63,534 bases of DNA, filler included, from Bonamia ostreae (GCA_040357525.1; 46 parts of 46 records of this genome joined end to end with filler, not necessarily neighbours in it), one strand, 5' to 3'. Positions 25,101 to 38,508 are shown, counted from the whole stretch's first letter. The notes: generated from the letters alone by a model not told the origin. Numbers and translations: made by a program.

Positions 25101-27001
25101 CGACAGCTGACATGACCTATCCGGATTAGACCAGCAGATGATGTTTCTTTGGTAAGACACCTTGACAACAATACACTCACTGAATGAATATTTATCTATG
25201 CTATTGCTAAAAGATATATTAATTAAATGTATTTATCTTTTATGCAAAAACGTGTTAATTGTAAGCAACTTTTCCCTCTAGTGCTATGTTTTCGTCAAGC
25301 GTCTAAATGACCAAGATCCCGAAGTCCATATATTAAAGGAGTCTGACAAGTACTAAACCTGTGTTGGATAAAAACCATGCAGCTTTGCATCCCTCAGCAA
25401 TCATTATCTCGTGGTTTACCTTTGAAAGTAGTAATCATTTCAATTGTTAACTATTTTCAAATAAATATTACCAAGGGATTCGGAACAAGTCATGGTCCAG
25501 AATCGGGCAAAATACTGTATATTTCCATGCCAAAAAAACTAGCTTACCCCTTCGTATCATATCTACATATTGCATGATTAATGCTTCTTTCAATAAAGGA
25601 AAAGATAGGAAAATGCTTGCTGGCTTGCTTTCAAAGTCAGATGTCTTGCGTGATTATGGAACAGCGGCATCTGATCAGTATACAAGGTATATTGTGGATC
25701 CAATGAATACCCAAAACAACACGGAACGAAATCTTCGGAAAAGGTATTCAGAGTTATTGCATTCTATGTTACTTATATTTCTATATACATATCTGTTGTA
25801 ATATATGTTGTGATAACTACATTCCTTTTTAATTACCGTTTAGTATATCAACATCTTCAAGTGAAAAACTTGCTATTCACTGTGAACTACTCTGAAGAGT
25901 GTAGTCAACGTTATCTACCGAATAGTTTTAACGAATTGTTTTGACTGAATGTCGTCCAATTAGGAAGTAGTAGGAGGCGCTAAGACATCACTGTTGTCGC
26001 GTGAATATATTTTGAAATTTCTAAAGAAGTTTTATTTCTTTTTTAATACAGCTGGGGATTTAACAATTGTCACGGTCGGGTTCAATTTTTGATGAATCTA
26101 TCAAAGACAAATCAAAACAGGTGTTGGTCAATATTAATTTCTTATTGAAAATGTTTTTGATATCTTTTTATTAGAATGCGCTTTCCCAAAGTTGAAAAAA
26201 CAATGCATAATAAATGGAAATAACAGTTATAAGTTTAGTAACTACATGTATGTGTGTTTCTTCTTATCAAACATTCCTCTTCNNNNNNNNNNNNNNNNNN
26301 NNNNNNNNNNNNNNNNNNNNNNNNNNTTAATTAATTAANNNNNNNNNNNNNNNNNNNNNNNNNNNNNNNNNNNNNNNNNNNNTCGAAGTCAATTTGTCAG
26401 ATATTTCTTTTATCGGCTGTAAACTAATTCGACTTTTCATTTTAAATCGAAAATGGGAATTTAAAACGATTGGAAAAAATCGATAATTTTAAAAAATAAA
26501 ATCATATAAAACATAGCTACAAAATTAAAAACCAAATTTTAATAAAAAATTATTAATGGAAATAAAATTAATACAAATAAATGGTTTTCGTTGATAAACA
26601 ATAGCGATGAAGGATAATTGCTTTCAGCAAAAGAAGTCATTTTTTAAACACGAGATCAATAAATTAGTTGATTTTATAATCGAAAGAGAGACGAAAATAA
26701 AAACAGTACCTCAAAGAAGTTAAAAGCAGTCTCAAATCTATGAAAAAGATGATCGTTCTTTAGAAAAAAGTACATCGAAAAAGAAGATTTTACAAAAACA
26801 CTGAAAAAAGGCGAGAAACCACATTAAATCAAAAAATCAAAAAATCTTGTTTTCCAAAAAAGAAAAAATTACAAAAATCGAAAAATTTTGATAAAAAGAG
26901 ATCTCCAACATGGCAGATTAAAAAATTAGCCAAACAGACTTTCCTGAAAAACAACTAATTTATATAGAAAACACCTAACAAAATTTCTCACAAGTTTTCG
27001 A

Positions 27002-27666
27002 ATGGCTTTTAAGAACAGTTTGATTTTATCAACAAAACAGTTAATTTGACACAAGACAAGAACAACTTTTTCAAGGGCCAACAATCGAAAGGAGTCGTCA
27101 ACATCACAATTTTTATCGGCAACTTGCCAGATCAGTTGAAAGACCACCAATTCGAAAGAATTTTGAGAGTTTCCATTTGTCAAAATTCAAGATGTGCGGT
27201 CCTATTCGAAAGTGGAAAAGAGCCTACGAAAAAGCCAATTTCGGATTTGTCGATTTTGGGGACGCGTTCATCGCTTTAAGGACAATAAGAGTGTTATCGA
27301 CGCTGTCCAAAGCTAGCAAATACACAAACCTGGTCATAAAAGCGGACGACAAAGTCAGAATGGGACTGAGGCAACTTGAGAAGAACAACAAACTCGAAGC
27401 CGCGCGCACAGGAAGAAGAGACGACATCACTCAGTTTCTGGACAAAGAAGCTTTTCGAAAAGCAGTGACAGAGTTGGCGAACTGGAGTGCTCAGTTTACC
27501 GGAATTGAGACTAAAAATGAATATGACAAAATTCTTTCGTTGATCAAAAACGAGAAAATCGAGATCGCTTGTCACGCGAACAACGATTTTACGTCTGACC
27601 TTCTGCTCGAAAGCGTTTTTTAGTCTAATAATCGAGTCAGTCGAAAAATCGAAAATTATTAAAAAT
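27002..27666 (+). CDS. RBM25: RBM25/Snu71-like RRM protein, N-terminal part; 23-nt introns 27018-27040 and 27169-27191, probable further intron from 27615
   Basis: TIFIGNLP...ILR|MCGPIRKWKRAYEKANFGFVDFGDAFIALRTIRVL...LVIKADDK matches the RBM25 RRM. Confidence 0.75.
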
Positions 27667-29149
27667 NNNNNNNNNNNNNNNNNNNNNNNNNNNNNNNNNN
27701 NNNNNNNNNNTTAATTAATTAANNNNNNNNNNNNNNNNNNNNNNNNNNNNNNNNNNNNNNNNNNNNTCACCCATTGATGTAAAGGTCATGCAAAAATATC
27801 AGTGCCCCTTCTTTTGCACGTGTTTTATTTATTTATCTATTTTGTTTTCGTTTTGTCTTTAACTCTCAAACCTTTGAATAATTTGGATTTGTATCTAATG
27901 TCCTTAAATCCTTGTCCTATAAATATGTGTTTCTCATTGTCTTGTTTTCATCTGCATATTTGTACTAAGGAGACCATGAATAATGATTAATTTGTTGATA
28001 CAACATCAACCAATTCATTGTTGTAGATTTCGTGCAGTGAAAATTCTAAATTTTCAGTTTTTATGTCCCTGTTAGGCTGTCCGTCTGTGCACGAAAAAAA
28101 AACCTTGACTTGGTCTTAGCTTTTGGATACTTAGGATTGGACTTTCATATTTCATATATGTATACTCTGTGGCAAGACCTTTGTTTTAATATCAGAATTA
28201 CTTTGCTTCCATACGGGAGCATGAACCATATCTTGTTCATATATTTAACATATGACTTCATAATTGGATAATAGAGAGCAATTTTTTCTACATCATATTA
28301 TTAAAAAGAAACTGATAGAACTTTGTATTATATCAATCATATACAAAATATGTTCATTGTATGCTTTTGAAATATTTTTAAATATTCCGCAGAAATGGTT
28401 GTGTCATTTATGAAACACTCTGTACATGAATTATGGAGAAAAAACACTTTGTGTGTGTTTTGTTAGTATTACAACAAAGGTATTGTCCTCGCCTCTGTAC
28501 GCACGGATTCAGATTTTTCACCGTGTTGTGGTTACTTCCTTGTTGAGAGTTTATCTGATAAGATACTACATATATGTCAATGTTACGCCGGATATCAGAA
28601 ATTGCCTATACAACAAAATACCGGTATACTATTCGTAATAATCATTTCTTTAATGGTAAAGAAAATATTCATACATGTAGCTAGACAGGCACTGATACAC
28701 CTTCGCTCAAGTATTTCATGTATCATCTGACAAGTAAGTCATGCGCCATTACAAAATGTATTTATTATCCATATCATACAATTTGAAGTCAAATATTCAC
28801 TAAATGTCTGGGAAAAATAGCACAGCAGGGAATTCCAATAAAGAGTGCTACAATTTCCTGACAATTAAACTAGAATACTTCAAATCAGAGAATTACTAAA
28901 TACACATCTGAATTCGAATTTGAGATCCAAGTATATGTTTATACACCTAACAAGTCTTACATGTATTGGGTGCCGATCCAAAGAAAACATTACAAGGGGG
29001 GGGGGGGGGTATGAAAATGACAAAGAGGACCGAAATTTAATTTTAATACNNNNNNNNNNNNNNNNNNNNNNNNNNNNNNNNNNNNNNNNNNNNTTAATTA
29101 ATTAANNNNNNNNNNNNNNNNNNNNNNNNNNNNNNNNNNNNNNNNNNNN

Positions 29150-30356
29150 CATTAAAGAGTTTGCAAAAAACGTGTTTGATATTCTGGATGATGGTCTCCT
29201 AAAACAACACCTGGTGAAGGAAACAATTTTTACATTGACTTTACCGAAGGATGGAACAGGTGAAGTTGAGAGCGTAGATGATATAAAAAAGTGTATCATT
29301 GAGACTGTTGAAAAACTGCCTTATTGGGGTGAAAATCTTCCCAGTTCGTGGGTATTGTTTGAAAAAGAAATATCGAAAAGAAAGCGTGAGGAAAATTTGA
29401 AAATCATGAAAATACAGACACTGCGCACACTTTGCGATGGCTTGAGCGACCGTGTTTTCTTTAAGGAGAAAGCGATGAAGGATGCCTTACGTTTTTTTAA
29501 TGATATTGGATCAATTCTGTACTTTGATAGTGCTGACTTAGAGGAAACGGTTATTTTGGATGTCCAGTGGTTTGTAGATTCCTTCAAAAATATAATCACA
29601 GATAACCAAGACGTGGAACTTGAGAGAATAGAAAATGAAATGTGGAAACGATTTTATCATACTGGTGAATTAGATGATAAACTACTTGAAAGCGTTTGGA
29701 AAGAAACCGAGGATTTTGGAGAATCGTTCTTATATCATAAGGAGGAACTCTTGAGTTATATGCAGCATTTGGGACTGTTGGCTAGAGGATCCAAAGAGAC
29801 AAATAACGTGCATTTAATTCCTTGCATGACAAAAAGGAGCATTTCAGACAAGATAAGCCAGAAATATGCTCAAGAGTACGTGTTCAGCTACAAGTTTGAG
29901 TTTTTTCCAAACTTCATATTTTGGCGGTTTGTGGTCGCATGTATGTGTAGCCCTGGCTGGGCAATACTTGACATGGATGGACATAAGTGTATTTTCAAAG
30001 ATTCTTGCATTCTGAGATATAACAGAGTTGACGTGATCATCAGAATCAACGATAACATTTTAGACGTACAAATTTTAGGACTTCAAAACTCGTCGGTACC
30101 ATCAGGTTTGAAAGTCAAAATATTGAGAGAAATAAACGAAATACTACAGAGATTAACAAAAACATTTTACAAGAACATCATGTTTACCATTGGGTGTAGA
30201 TGTAAAGCTACAAAGATTTTTGAGCTTAGAAGTGCAAGATTCCTGTCAGAAAATGAGTTGAGAGAAATAAAATGCTCAAGTAGTAAACTGTGCAGTGTAT
30301 GTGAAGGTGAAAGTCATTCAGTTGCAGTTGAGGATTTGAGTGTCATCTTTCAAGAG
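29150..30356 (+). CDS. Host Roco-family protein exon (end of Roc plus COR domain)
   Basis: WGENLPSSWVLFEKEI...LRFFNDIGSILYFD...VILDVQWFVDSFKNII is a COR signature. The exon ends at GAG|GTATGA. Confidence 0.85.
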
Positions 30357-31259
30357 GTATGAATGTAAACAATTTCGCAACACTTTTCAAAATGCGTATT
30401 GGCATTTTATGATAATTAGCTAAGTATAATGCNNNNNNNNNNNNNNNNNNNNNNNNNNNNNNNNNNNNNNNNNNNNTTAATTAATTAANNNNNNNNNNNN
30501 NNNNNNNNNNNNNNNNNNNNNNNNNNNNNNNNATCTCCGTTTCACTTTCATCCCTAAAAGTATTACCCCATATTCACAATGACATATAATTTTGGTGCAG
30601 GACAAGTCAAACCATTGGTAACTCACCACTCACCAAATCGCCCCACCTAAACAAACAAAAACAACTCGCCTCAATTGGATTTCCAATTGTTAGCTCATCC
30701 CTTTACCAAAAGGAACAACTTCATTTTGAGATATTTTATAGTGTCAATTTAAGAAATGGAGGGTAAAAATAATTAAAGACACCTCTTTGTAAGGTCAAAA
30801 CTGAACCTTTTGGAGTGAAGTTTTTTATTGTATGGCTTCAATGTACAGCGTTTGTGTTTCTTTCGTGTTGTAAAATAGTTCACAGTGTTTGAGTTTGTGA
30901 ATAATATAATAATTATTTATGTGCTTCCTTGATCATAAGTATATGGAAAATATTTGGAGAAAGATTTCAGTGTGGGGCCAAGCGAGTTGAATATAATTAA
31001 GATGTGCAATGCCATATGTATATACCTGGGGAATTTTAATTTTGGTTGTTCAATGGTGGCGACTTGTCAACAGTAGATGTGAGTTGCTTCTGTGGCGATT
31101 TGTCTGCAAAGCACACACTATGAAAACATAATAACTTATTAAATAAGCTTAGAGATTGGCCTTGTACAGTTTTGTAAGGTGGATATAATACAAATCTTCA
31201 TGATTATTTTTAAACATAATATTATATATCTTTTACATGCAATGTAAAGATTTTCGTAC

Positions 31260-31660
31260 CAATGCAGGACGGTATGGGTCTCATCAACAACAAACAGCTT
31301 GGACTGGTTACTTTAGGCCAGCATGTCCCTCCATTCATTCACTGCCAAAATGGATTCGGGTGAAGCAAAAAGGACTTGAAAACGATCATTTATAATGTCA
31401 CAATCCTCGCTACAATCTCTACCAATATACGTGGCAGCAACGTCACACGATTTGAAATAATCACATTGTTCTTTCATTATCGAAACCAATGGCAAAAATG
31501 ATGCAATATTGGTTGACATGTTGCCCATTATAAAAAGGTTTCACTATGTTGAGTCGAAGAAAAGTGTTGATATCCCTCGAACTATCTCTTTAGATAATAT
31601 TTCAGTCATTAGATAACTTTCTTTGTTATAGGAATAAAGTCATATACTCAAAATAAAGAT
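31260..31660 (-). pseudogene. Degenerate RecQ-type SF2 helicase fragment, possibly transposon-borne (AcademH-like)
   Basis: PLVSIMKEQC...VLFASPESIL...WRDMLA*...LFVVDETHTVLHW|GT, with an in-frame stop and a decayed Walker A region upstream. Confidence 0.7.
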
Positions 31661-34185
31661 TTACATGTTGCGCTAACAGCCATTTTTGAGGATTCATTTT
31701 GGGACCCCATGTGTTTCATCTCCAAAATGTTCTTTTAAAAACTGTAAAACATGTTGTATATTGATAACCAGGAATTCATTCATCAGCAGTCTTCGAGCAT
31801 ATTTTACTCATATTTNNNNNNNNNNNNNNNNNNNNNNNNNNNNNNNNNNNNNNNNNNNNTTAATTAATTAANNNNNNNNNNNNNNNNNNNNNNNNNNNNN
31901 NNNNNNNNNNNNNNNCACTATATTGGATTTGAGCTGTGTTATTATTGGTTTCAACTTGTCCTTGTGATATCTTAAGCTGTCGTGTACTTCTCCCGCTAGT
32001 TCTACACATGTATATGGCACTGTTAAGAGTAATTTTCGATTCTCTGAGTAATCGTTCACGAACATTTGTCTTTAGTTCCCATTACGGTCCTGTCACGAAT
32101 AATTTGATCCGTTATGTCGCCCAACTCACATGTTTTGGCAAGTTCTCAAGTAATCATAAAAGGTTTTGTTGACCATCTGTTCTGCTGTGTTAAAGATATA
32201 ACATTCGTAGATAACAGTTGTTTTGGTTTAAAGTGGCCATGTAATGTTTCTAAAAAAAAACAATACCCTCTCTATCCTGAATATTGAGTGACAGATTTTC
32301 ATAACTCTGAAAGTAGTATTTGCCCATCACATTACTATACGAATAGGTTTGCCCTTATTTACAAGACATGTGACAATTTCATAGTTCAGCCATTGGAATT
32401 TGAAAAAATGTCCAGTTGCCCCTAATGCAGCCTTTGACTACCATAGCAGCAGGTACCGGTAAGTCTTAAGAAGCCATTGTGCATTATCGAAGAAATTTGT
32501 ACCTTTGTTTGTGAAGATACGTATGACAGTTTACATCAATGGTATGTTACAAGTATTCATATGCAGGTAATACTGAGGAAATGTTTCTTAATGTTATTAT
32601 TGCACGATATGTTCTTTCAACACCATCACAAAAATATGCGCATAAATGGATATTATTGTGGGTTGAGGAAAATGGCGAAGGGTCAAGTACGTTGTGTGAT
32701 GCTGGGACGAGGAACTTGTTAAAAACTGTGGAAATGTTACAAGATTATTGGGGCTTTGTTTTCTTCACATTTAATGCAGAATCGGTCCCCATTACTATCT
32801 AGTGTCGTAATATATTCTTTTGAGAAACTTCCGACACCATATTTCATTTCGATATCTTATTAACAACACCTCAATATATGAGGTAGTACACAAACTACAC
32901 AAAGGGCCTGACCAATGAACGCATAATCTAATATCCTAACAGTATTCACGCATTGCGCTGTTGGAAATATCACAACAAACAGACACAGACTACCCATTGA
33001 CGTAACTGTTGTCAACATATATTTATTGCTTATATATCATAATAATAAACGTGTTGTGAAGATTTGAAATTGTATATATGATTGTATATACAGAACTAGA
33101 AACACTGGACTATTGCTTGAAAGAAATATGTCGACTCTGAAGTTTAACATGTTGCCCTGTGGACAAATGTAGAGTCAAAAGTTAGCAACTTACTCAAANN
33201 NNNNNNNNNNNNNNNNNNNNNNNNNNNNNNNNNNNNNNNNNNTTAATTAATTAANNNNNNNNNNNNNNNNNNNNNNNNNNNNNNNNNNNNNNNNNNNNAT
33301 TATTATTTTTCATTACCAAAAAAAAAATTATATATCATTACCAAAAATTTTATTAAATCTTTTGTTATAGTATTCTTCTTGATCTTTGTTTTAAATGTTA
33401 ATTAATTTTTTACATTCTAAATTCAAATGATAGTTTTATTTATTTACAATTTTATTAGTATATGTGGTGGATTATATTGGTCAAAAAATGACCAGGGCTA
33501 TAATATATATAGATTTGTGTTTTATTTTATTTTTTATCTAAATTTTATTGTATTTTTTAGTCTTTTAATACACATTTTATTGATTCTAAGTTATTACAAA
33601 TAAGGGATTGTTTATATTGAAAACGCATAAAAGCGTTTTAGCGGAGAAATTTGATTAAATTTTATTTATTAAAAAAATTCTATTAACGGTGCCTACAAGC
33701 TTACAACATTTTAGAATATATCATATCAAAAGTCGAGAGTCTGTAAATTTAGAAAATATACACATAACTGTACACAATGAAAGTTTACGGCATTTGGAAG
33801 TCTTGCAGAATGTTTAGATAAGTTTAATTAAAATTTAAATCAATTTGTTCTCATAAAAACATAATAAATTATTTATTATTTTTTTGTAAACGAATTTCCG
33901 TTGAAAATTTGACTTTGATGTAATTTCTTGTAACTTGTTACACATTTTTTTTAAATCATAACTTTTTTCTTTTTGATTGCTTAAATTTTTAGAAAATAAA
34001 ATTATTAAACTTTATAAATTTAATTATAGATTTTATATCCTTTCTTTCAATCTGAATTCCGTAATTGATCTTGCTGATAAAATGAATCGTGAGAAATTTT
34101 GTGAAATATTTATGACTAGGTTCATTTTTAATAGATAATGTTTCAGTAAAAACTCTTTCCAAAATTTCAATATATATACCCTGGA

Positions 34186-34581
34186 TTAAATAAAATTCAA
34201 AACTTTTTTAGATATATGGACCAATAATTTATAGAAAATTTTGATCAATTCCTCGTGAGATATATGTTTTGTTGTAATTAAATCAAAAGTCTCGTTTATA
34301 AACTTTCTTAAAAATGTTATATCGATTTTTTTCCCAATAAGAATAAAGGTTGTAATTACTTCTATACAGGGTTTAGCAAAGAATATGAAATCAGAGTATA
34401 AAATTTCCTTTAAAATGGATAATACCTTTAAATCTGAGTTGCGCCAAAACCCATTTAGAGATAGATATTTAATTCTCGACAAAATTAATTTTGTTAATTT
34501 CTTGTTTTTTTGTTTATACAAAAATGAAGTCATCTATAGTTTGTTAAATATAAACCAAAAGTTGAATTATTTTTATTTCTT
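34186..34581 (-). CDS. Unidentified helical protein fragment in an extremely AT-rich contig
   Basis: Open frame of more than 115 aa; no recognised motif. Confidence 0.3.
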
Positions 34582-34690
34582 NNNNNNNNNNNNNNNNNNN
34601 NNNNNNNNNNNNNNNNNNNNNNNNNTTAATTAATTAANNNNNNNNNNNNNNNNNNNNNNNNNNNNNNNNNNNNNNNNNNNNGTCTTAAAG

Positions 34691-34874
34691 GGGACAAATG
34701 GCTGCTTACGCCAACCAAATGGCGGCGTACGGATACCAAAACTTCAATGTTCCGATACAAAATCAACAAAATCTTTACGCCAATTACGGATTTGGACAGA
34801 ACGGCCAAATCCAACAAATGATGCAAAACAGAGCACCGCATCCGCCTCCGCCGCAACAACCACCCAAAAAGTAG
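34691..34874 (+). CDS. Terminal exon encoding a Q/N/Y/G/P-rich low-complexity (prion-like) C-terminus
   Basis: AAG|...GQMAAYANQMAAYGYQNFNVPIQNQQNLYANYGFGQNGQIQQMMQNRAPHPPPPQQPPKK*. Confidence 0.65.
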
Positions 34875-35002
34875 TTTTCGGGAATTAAATTCTTGTTCCA
34901 AACAAAGCTTTCAATTTAAAATTTACTATTTTGTAAAATTTATAAAATTGTTTGGCTAAAAAGTCTTCGGATTAGTATATATTGGAATATTTAGCTTTTT
35001 AA

Positions 35003-35964
35003 ATGTTTCCTAAAAAACTGTTGCGTAAATTAAATAATCACAAAAATGCCGTTTATTCTGCAGAGTTTACAAGTTTTTCTAATTTTTTACTTTTTCGACG
35101 ATTTTAATTTTTTTCCTAATTTTTAGATAATTTTTTCTGATTTTTTTAGTTTTTCGACGCGATTTTAATTTTTTATTGTTTTTTCTAATTTTTAGATAAT
35201 TTTTTCTGATTTTAATCCTTTTCTTTAATTTAGTTTTTAGACAATTTATGAAAATTCAGATATTTTTCAAACGTTTTTTTAAACAGATGACGGAATTTAT
35301 TGTATGACAGGTGGTCAGGACTCAAAAATTCACTTGATTAATCCAGAAAAATCTCTTTTAATTAAAACTTACCATAATGAACACGGGAATGAATTGAGGG
35401 ACTTAAAAATGTAATTTTAATAAAAAATTAAAAGTCGATCTGACAATTGTCAGTTCGCTACGGGCGGATCAGATAAGAACGCTTATGTTTGGGATGTTTC
35501 AAACGGTCGAATTTTAAGAAAAATAAGAGGACATTCTGGCGTACATTATAAAATTTTTTTATCAAAATTGTAACAAAAATCGATAAAATCGCAAAAAAAA
35601 TAATTGCAAATTTTGTAACAAAAATCGATAAAATCGCAAAAAAAAATAATTGCAAATTTTGTAACAAAAATCGAATAAATCTCAAATAAAAAATGCAAAT
35701 TTATTAATAAAACTGCAAAAAATAATTGCAAATTTTGTAACAAAAATAGATAAAACTACAAAAAATAATTGCAATTTTTGTAACAAAAATCGATAAAATC
35801 GCAAAAAAAAATAATTGCAAATTTATTAATAAAACTGCAAAAAATAATTGCAAATCAAAACTTTCTCTGAATTTAATTAAATTGAAGACAGTTAATGCGG
35901 TAAATTACAATAACGACGAAACGGTTTTAGTGACAGGTTCTTATGACGGCAAAGTATGCGCGTG
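35003..35964 (+). CDS. WDR83: WDR83/MORG1; introns 35073-35286, 35411-35434, 35541-35887; 3' truncated
   Basis: Spliced: MFPKKLLRKLNNHKNAVYSAEFTNDGIYCMTGGQDSKIHLINP...IKTY...HGNELRD...DNCQFATGGSDKNAYVWDVSNGRILRKIRGHSGTVNAVNYNNDETVLVTGSYDG. Confidence 0.85.
35565..35860. repeat. About 40-45-nt minisatellite inside WDR83 intron 3
   Basis: TTGTAACAAAAATCGATAAAATCGCAAAAAAAATAATTGCAAAT-type units. Confidence 0.9.
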
Positions 35965-36064
35965 NNNNNNNNNNNNNNNNNNNNNNNNNNNNNNNNNNNN
36001 NNNNNNNNTTAATTAATTAANNNNNNNNNNNNNNNNNNNNNNNNNNNNNNNNNNNNNNNNNNNN

Positions 36065-36222
36065 TCTTTAATTTGATATTTTATAAGTTCAAGCAACTCT
36101 TCCATATCGACATTGCTCATCTCCATATTTTCATTATTGATTTTATTGCCGGAAAATAACTCTTCTTTATTTTCTGATATCACAAATTTCAAAACAATTA
36201 AAAGAAATATTTTATTCACCAT
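36065..36222 (-). CDS. N-terminus of a putative secreted protist protein
   Basis: MVNKIFLLIVLKFVIS is a signal-peptide-like start, 129 bp downstream of the PDH stop. The frame is open to the contig end. Confidence 0.45.
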
Positions 36223-36351
36223 TTTTTAAAACGTGGTTTAAATTGGATTGATTTAAGGTCGATATGACTCAAATTTAATTAAAATTTTACAATATTTATT
36301 CTGTAATTTGTCGATTAAACATTAATGTTTGGTAATTTTGATGATATTTAC

Positions 36352-37043
36352 TCAAGTTCTGTGGTAACTGTTTTCAATATCTGTTCCTCTGATAAATTTG
36401 GGAATTTCTTTGTAATAGATATCAACAAATCTATCACTTTTATGCGCTTCTTCATCAGCCATAGCATTTTTTGCCGCTTCTTCCACTTCGATTGAACATT
36501 TCTTTTCTATCTTCTTCAATTCCTCTTCCGTTGCCCATTCCAATTCCAATATTCTATTTTTGCAGTTTTTAATGGCATCGTTCGTCTTCCTGTAGGTTTT
36601 GACTTCTTCTTTGTCCCTGTAAGTCTTCCCTTTAGACTTAAACAATGAACCTGGATCAGACATAGAATGGCCATGGTATCTGTAAGTGCGCATTTCAACA
36701 AAAATAGGGCCCTTCCCGCTTCGACAATGTTCAGCAGCGAATTCCATTGTCGCACGCACCGAAACCACGTCCAAACCGTCGCACTGTATTCCAGGGACGT
36801 AATGTCCTCTCGTGTAGTAGTCAGTACAGAAAGAAGAACGCTCTGCAGAAGTGCCCATTCCGTATTTGTTGTTTTCTACCAACAGAATCAAAGGCAATTT
36901 CCACAAGGCGGCCATATTGGTTGTTTCGTAGACTTGGCCTTGGTTTGCCGCTCCGTCGCCCATCATGGCTACAGTCACCGCGCCGTTGTTTTTGTATTTG
37001 TTGGCAAAAGCAATTCCTGCGCCGACAGGAATTTGGGCTCCGA
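36352..37043 (-). CDS. PDHA1: Mitochondrial pyruvate dehydrogenase E1 alpha, C-terminal part; in-frame 21-nt intron 36630-36650
   Basis: VGAQIPVGAGIAF...GDGAANQGQVYE...LWKLP...ENNKYGMGTS...TYRYHGHSMSDPG|KTYR. Acceptor at 37044-37045. Confidence 0.95.
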
Positions 37044-37199
37044 CTTGATTTTAATAAAGATAAAATTGCCGGAAAGTTATCGATTTTGTCGTCTAAACTG
37101 AACCGTAATTTTATAAAATCGAATTGTTAAATTGAAACTATTCACAAATAGCAATAATTGTTTTTTTGTCCGTTTTCAAAAGATGGCAATATGAAATGA

Positions 37200-37346
37200 C
37201 AATTTTTTACTTTTTCAATTTGAAATATTTATTTTTTATTGCGAAATTGAAGACAAAAAATCAAAATTTTATTTTTCAATTTGAAATATTAATTTTTTAT
37301 TGCGAAATTGAAGACAAAAAATCAAAATTTTATTTTTCAATTTGAA
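37200..37346. repeat. About 60-nt tandem repeat in the long intron upstream of the PDH exon
   Basis: TTTTTCAATTTGAAATATT...TTTTTATTGCGAAATTGAAGACAAAAAATCAAAATTTT repeated to the contig end. Confidence 0.85.
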
Positions 37347-37717
37347 NNNNNNNNNNNNNNNNNNNNNNNNNNNNNNNNNNNNNNNNNNNNTTAATTAATT
37401 AANNNNNNNNNNNNNNNNNNNNNNNNNNNNNNNNNNNNNNNNNNNNCCATTTCTAGATAAGATTTTTATGTTTTGTTATCATTAGAAAGGATTATTTTGT
37501 TCAATAAAGATTTGCAAATCAAATAAACATAAATTTGTGCTAATTTGAATCTTCGTTTATTAAGATTTTATGAATTTAATTATTTTTTTATGAAATTAAG
37601 ATTTACTAAACACAATCATTATTATTTTGAATTTAATTGAAAAATTGCAAACAAAAATTAATTTTGAAAAATAATATTTTGCCAGATCAAAAAAGCAGTG
37701 GCCCAATTTAAGATATT

Positions 37718-38508
37718 TTAATATCCGTAAACTCTTTTCGGTTTGCCCATTGAAGATTTGACATGGACTCGACGGACATTGTTCATTTTAGTCTTAAATT
37801 GATCGATCGTGTAGCTGAGAGCAACTTGTGCGTTTGGCACTATTTCCTCGTTCGACATCTTTACGTTGGCTAAATTTTGGGAGGAGAAAACCGAACGGGA
37901 AGTTAAGTGTCATTGGCATTCCAGATTTAAATTTTATGTTGTACTTTACTGTTGATTTGACCACTTTGAGCTTATCAGCGACGGTTTCGGAGGAGTCGAT
38001 TGGGACGGGGAACTTTCCTGCTCTGTTCAAGCCGGGTCCGAGCAATTTGGGGATTTTTTTGATCAAGTCGGAAGAGGCCATGAACGCGTCGTATTTTTTG
38101 GCTTTCGTTGAAATTTGCAAATTTTGAAAAGTCAAAAATTTAAAATTTGGTCAAATCGGTTTTGATAGAAAACCGAGTTTTTTGACTTTCTTTTTGTTCT
38201 TCTTGAATCCAATCAAGTCTTCTTCATTCAGAGAGTCGATTCCGATTACTTTCGCTTCGTTGCAATGTTGTGCAGAACCCAACAGACAAACTTTGAATTT
38301 CGGCTTGGCGATGTGAGGCAATTGGACGCTTCCGACTATTCTTCTGTCGCGTGAGGGATCAAAGTTTTTTAGAGCGAATTGGAATTCGATCGTTTCGAGG
38401 AAGTTTCTCGGCTTCGTTGTTTTGGCGTATTCCGTGATTTCGGTGATCGCCTTCGAAATCGTGTCATTGGATATAGTGCTGTTTAGTTAAGAAGTAAATT
38501 TACCTCAT
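37718..38508 (-). CDS. RPL10A: 60S ribosomal protein uL1 (L10a), complete; introns 38479-38503 (25 nt), 38102-38173 (72 nt), 37870-37891 (22 nt)
   Basis: Spliced: MSTISNDTISKAI...KPRNFLETIEFQFALKNFDPSRDRR...[38 protein letters not shown]...VKSSMGKPKRVYGY*. Confidence 0.96.
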
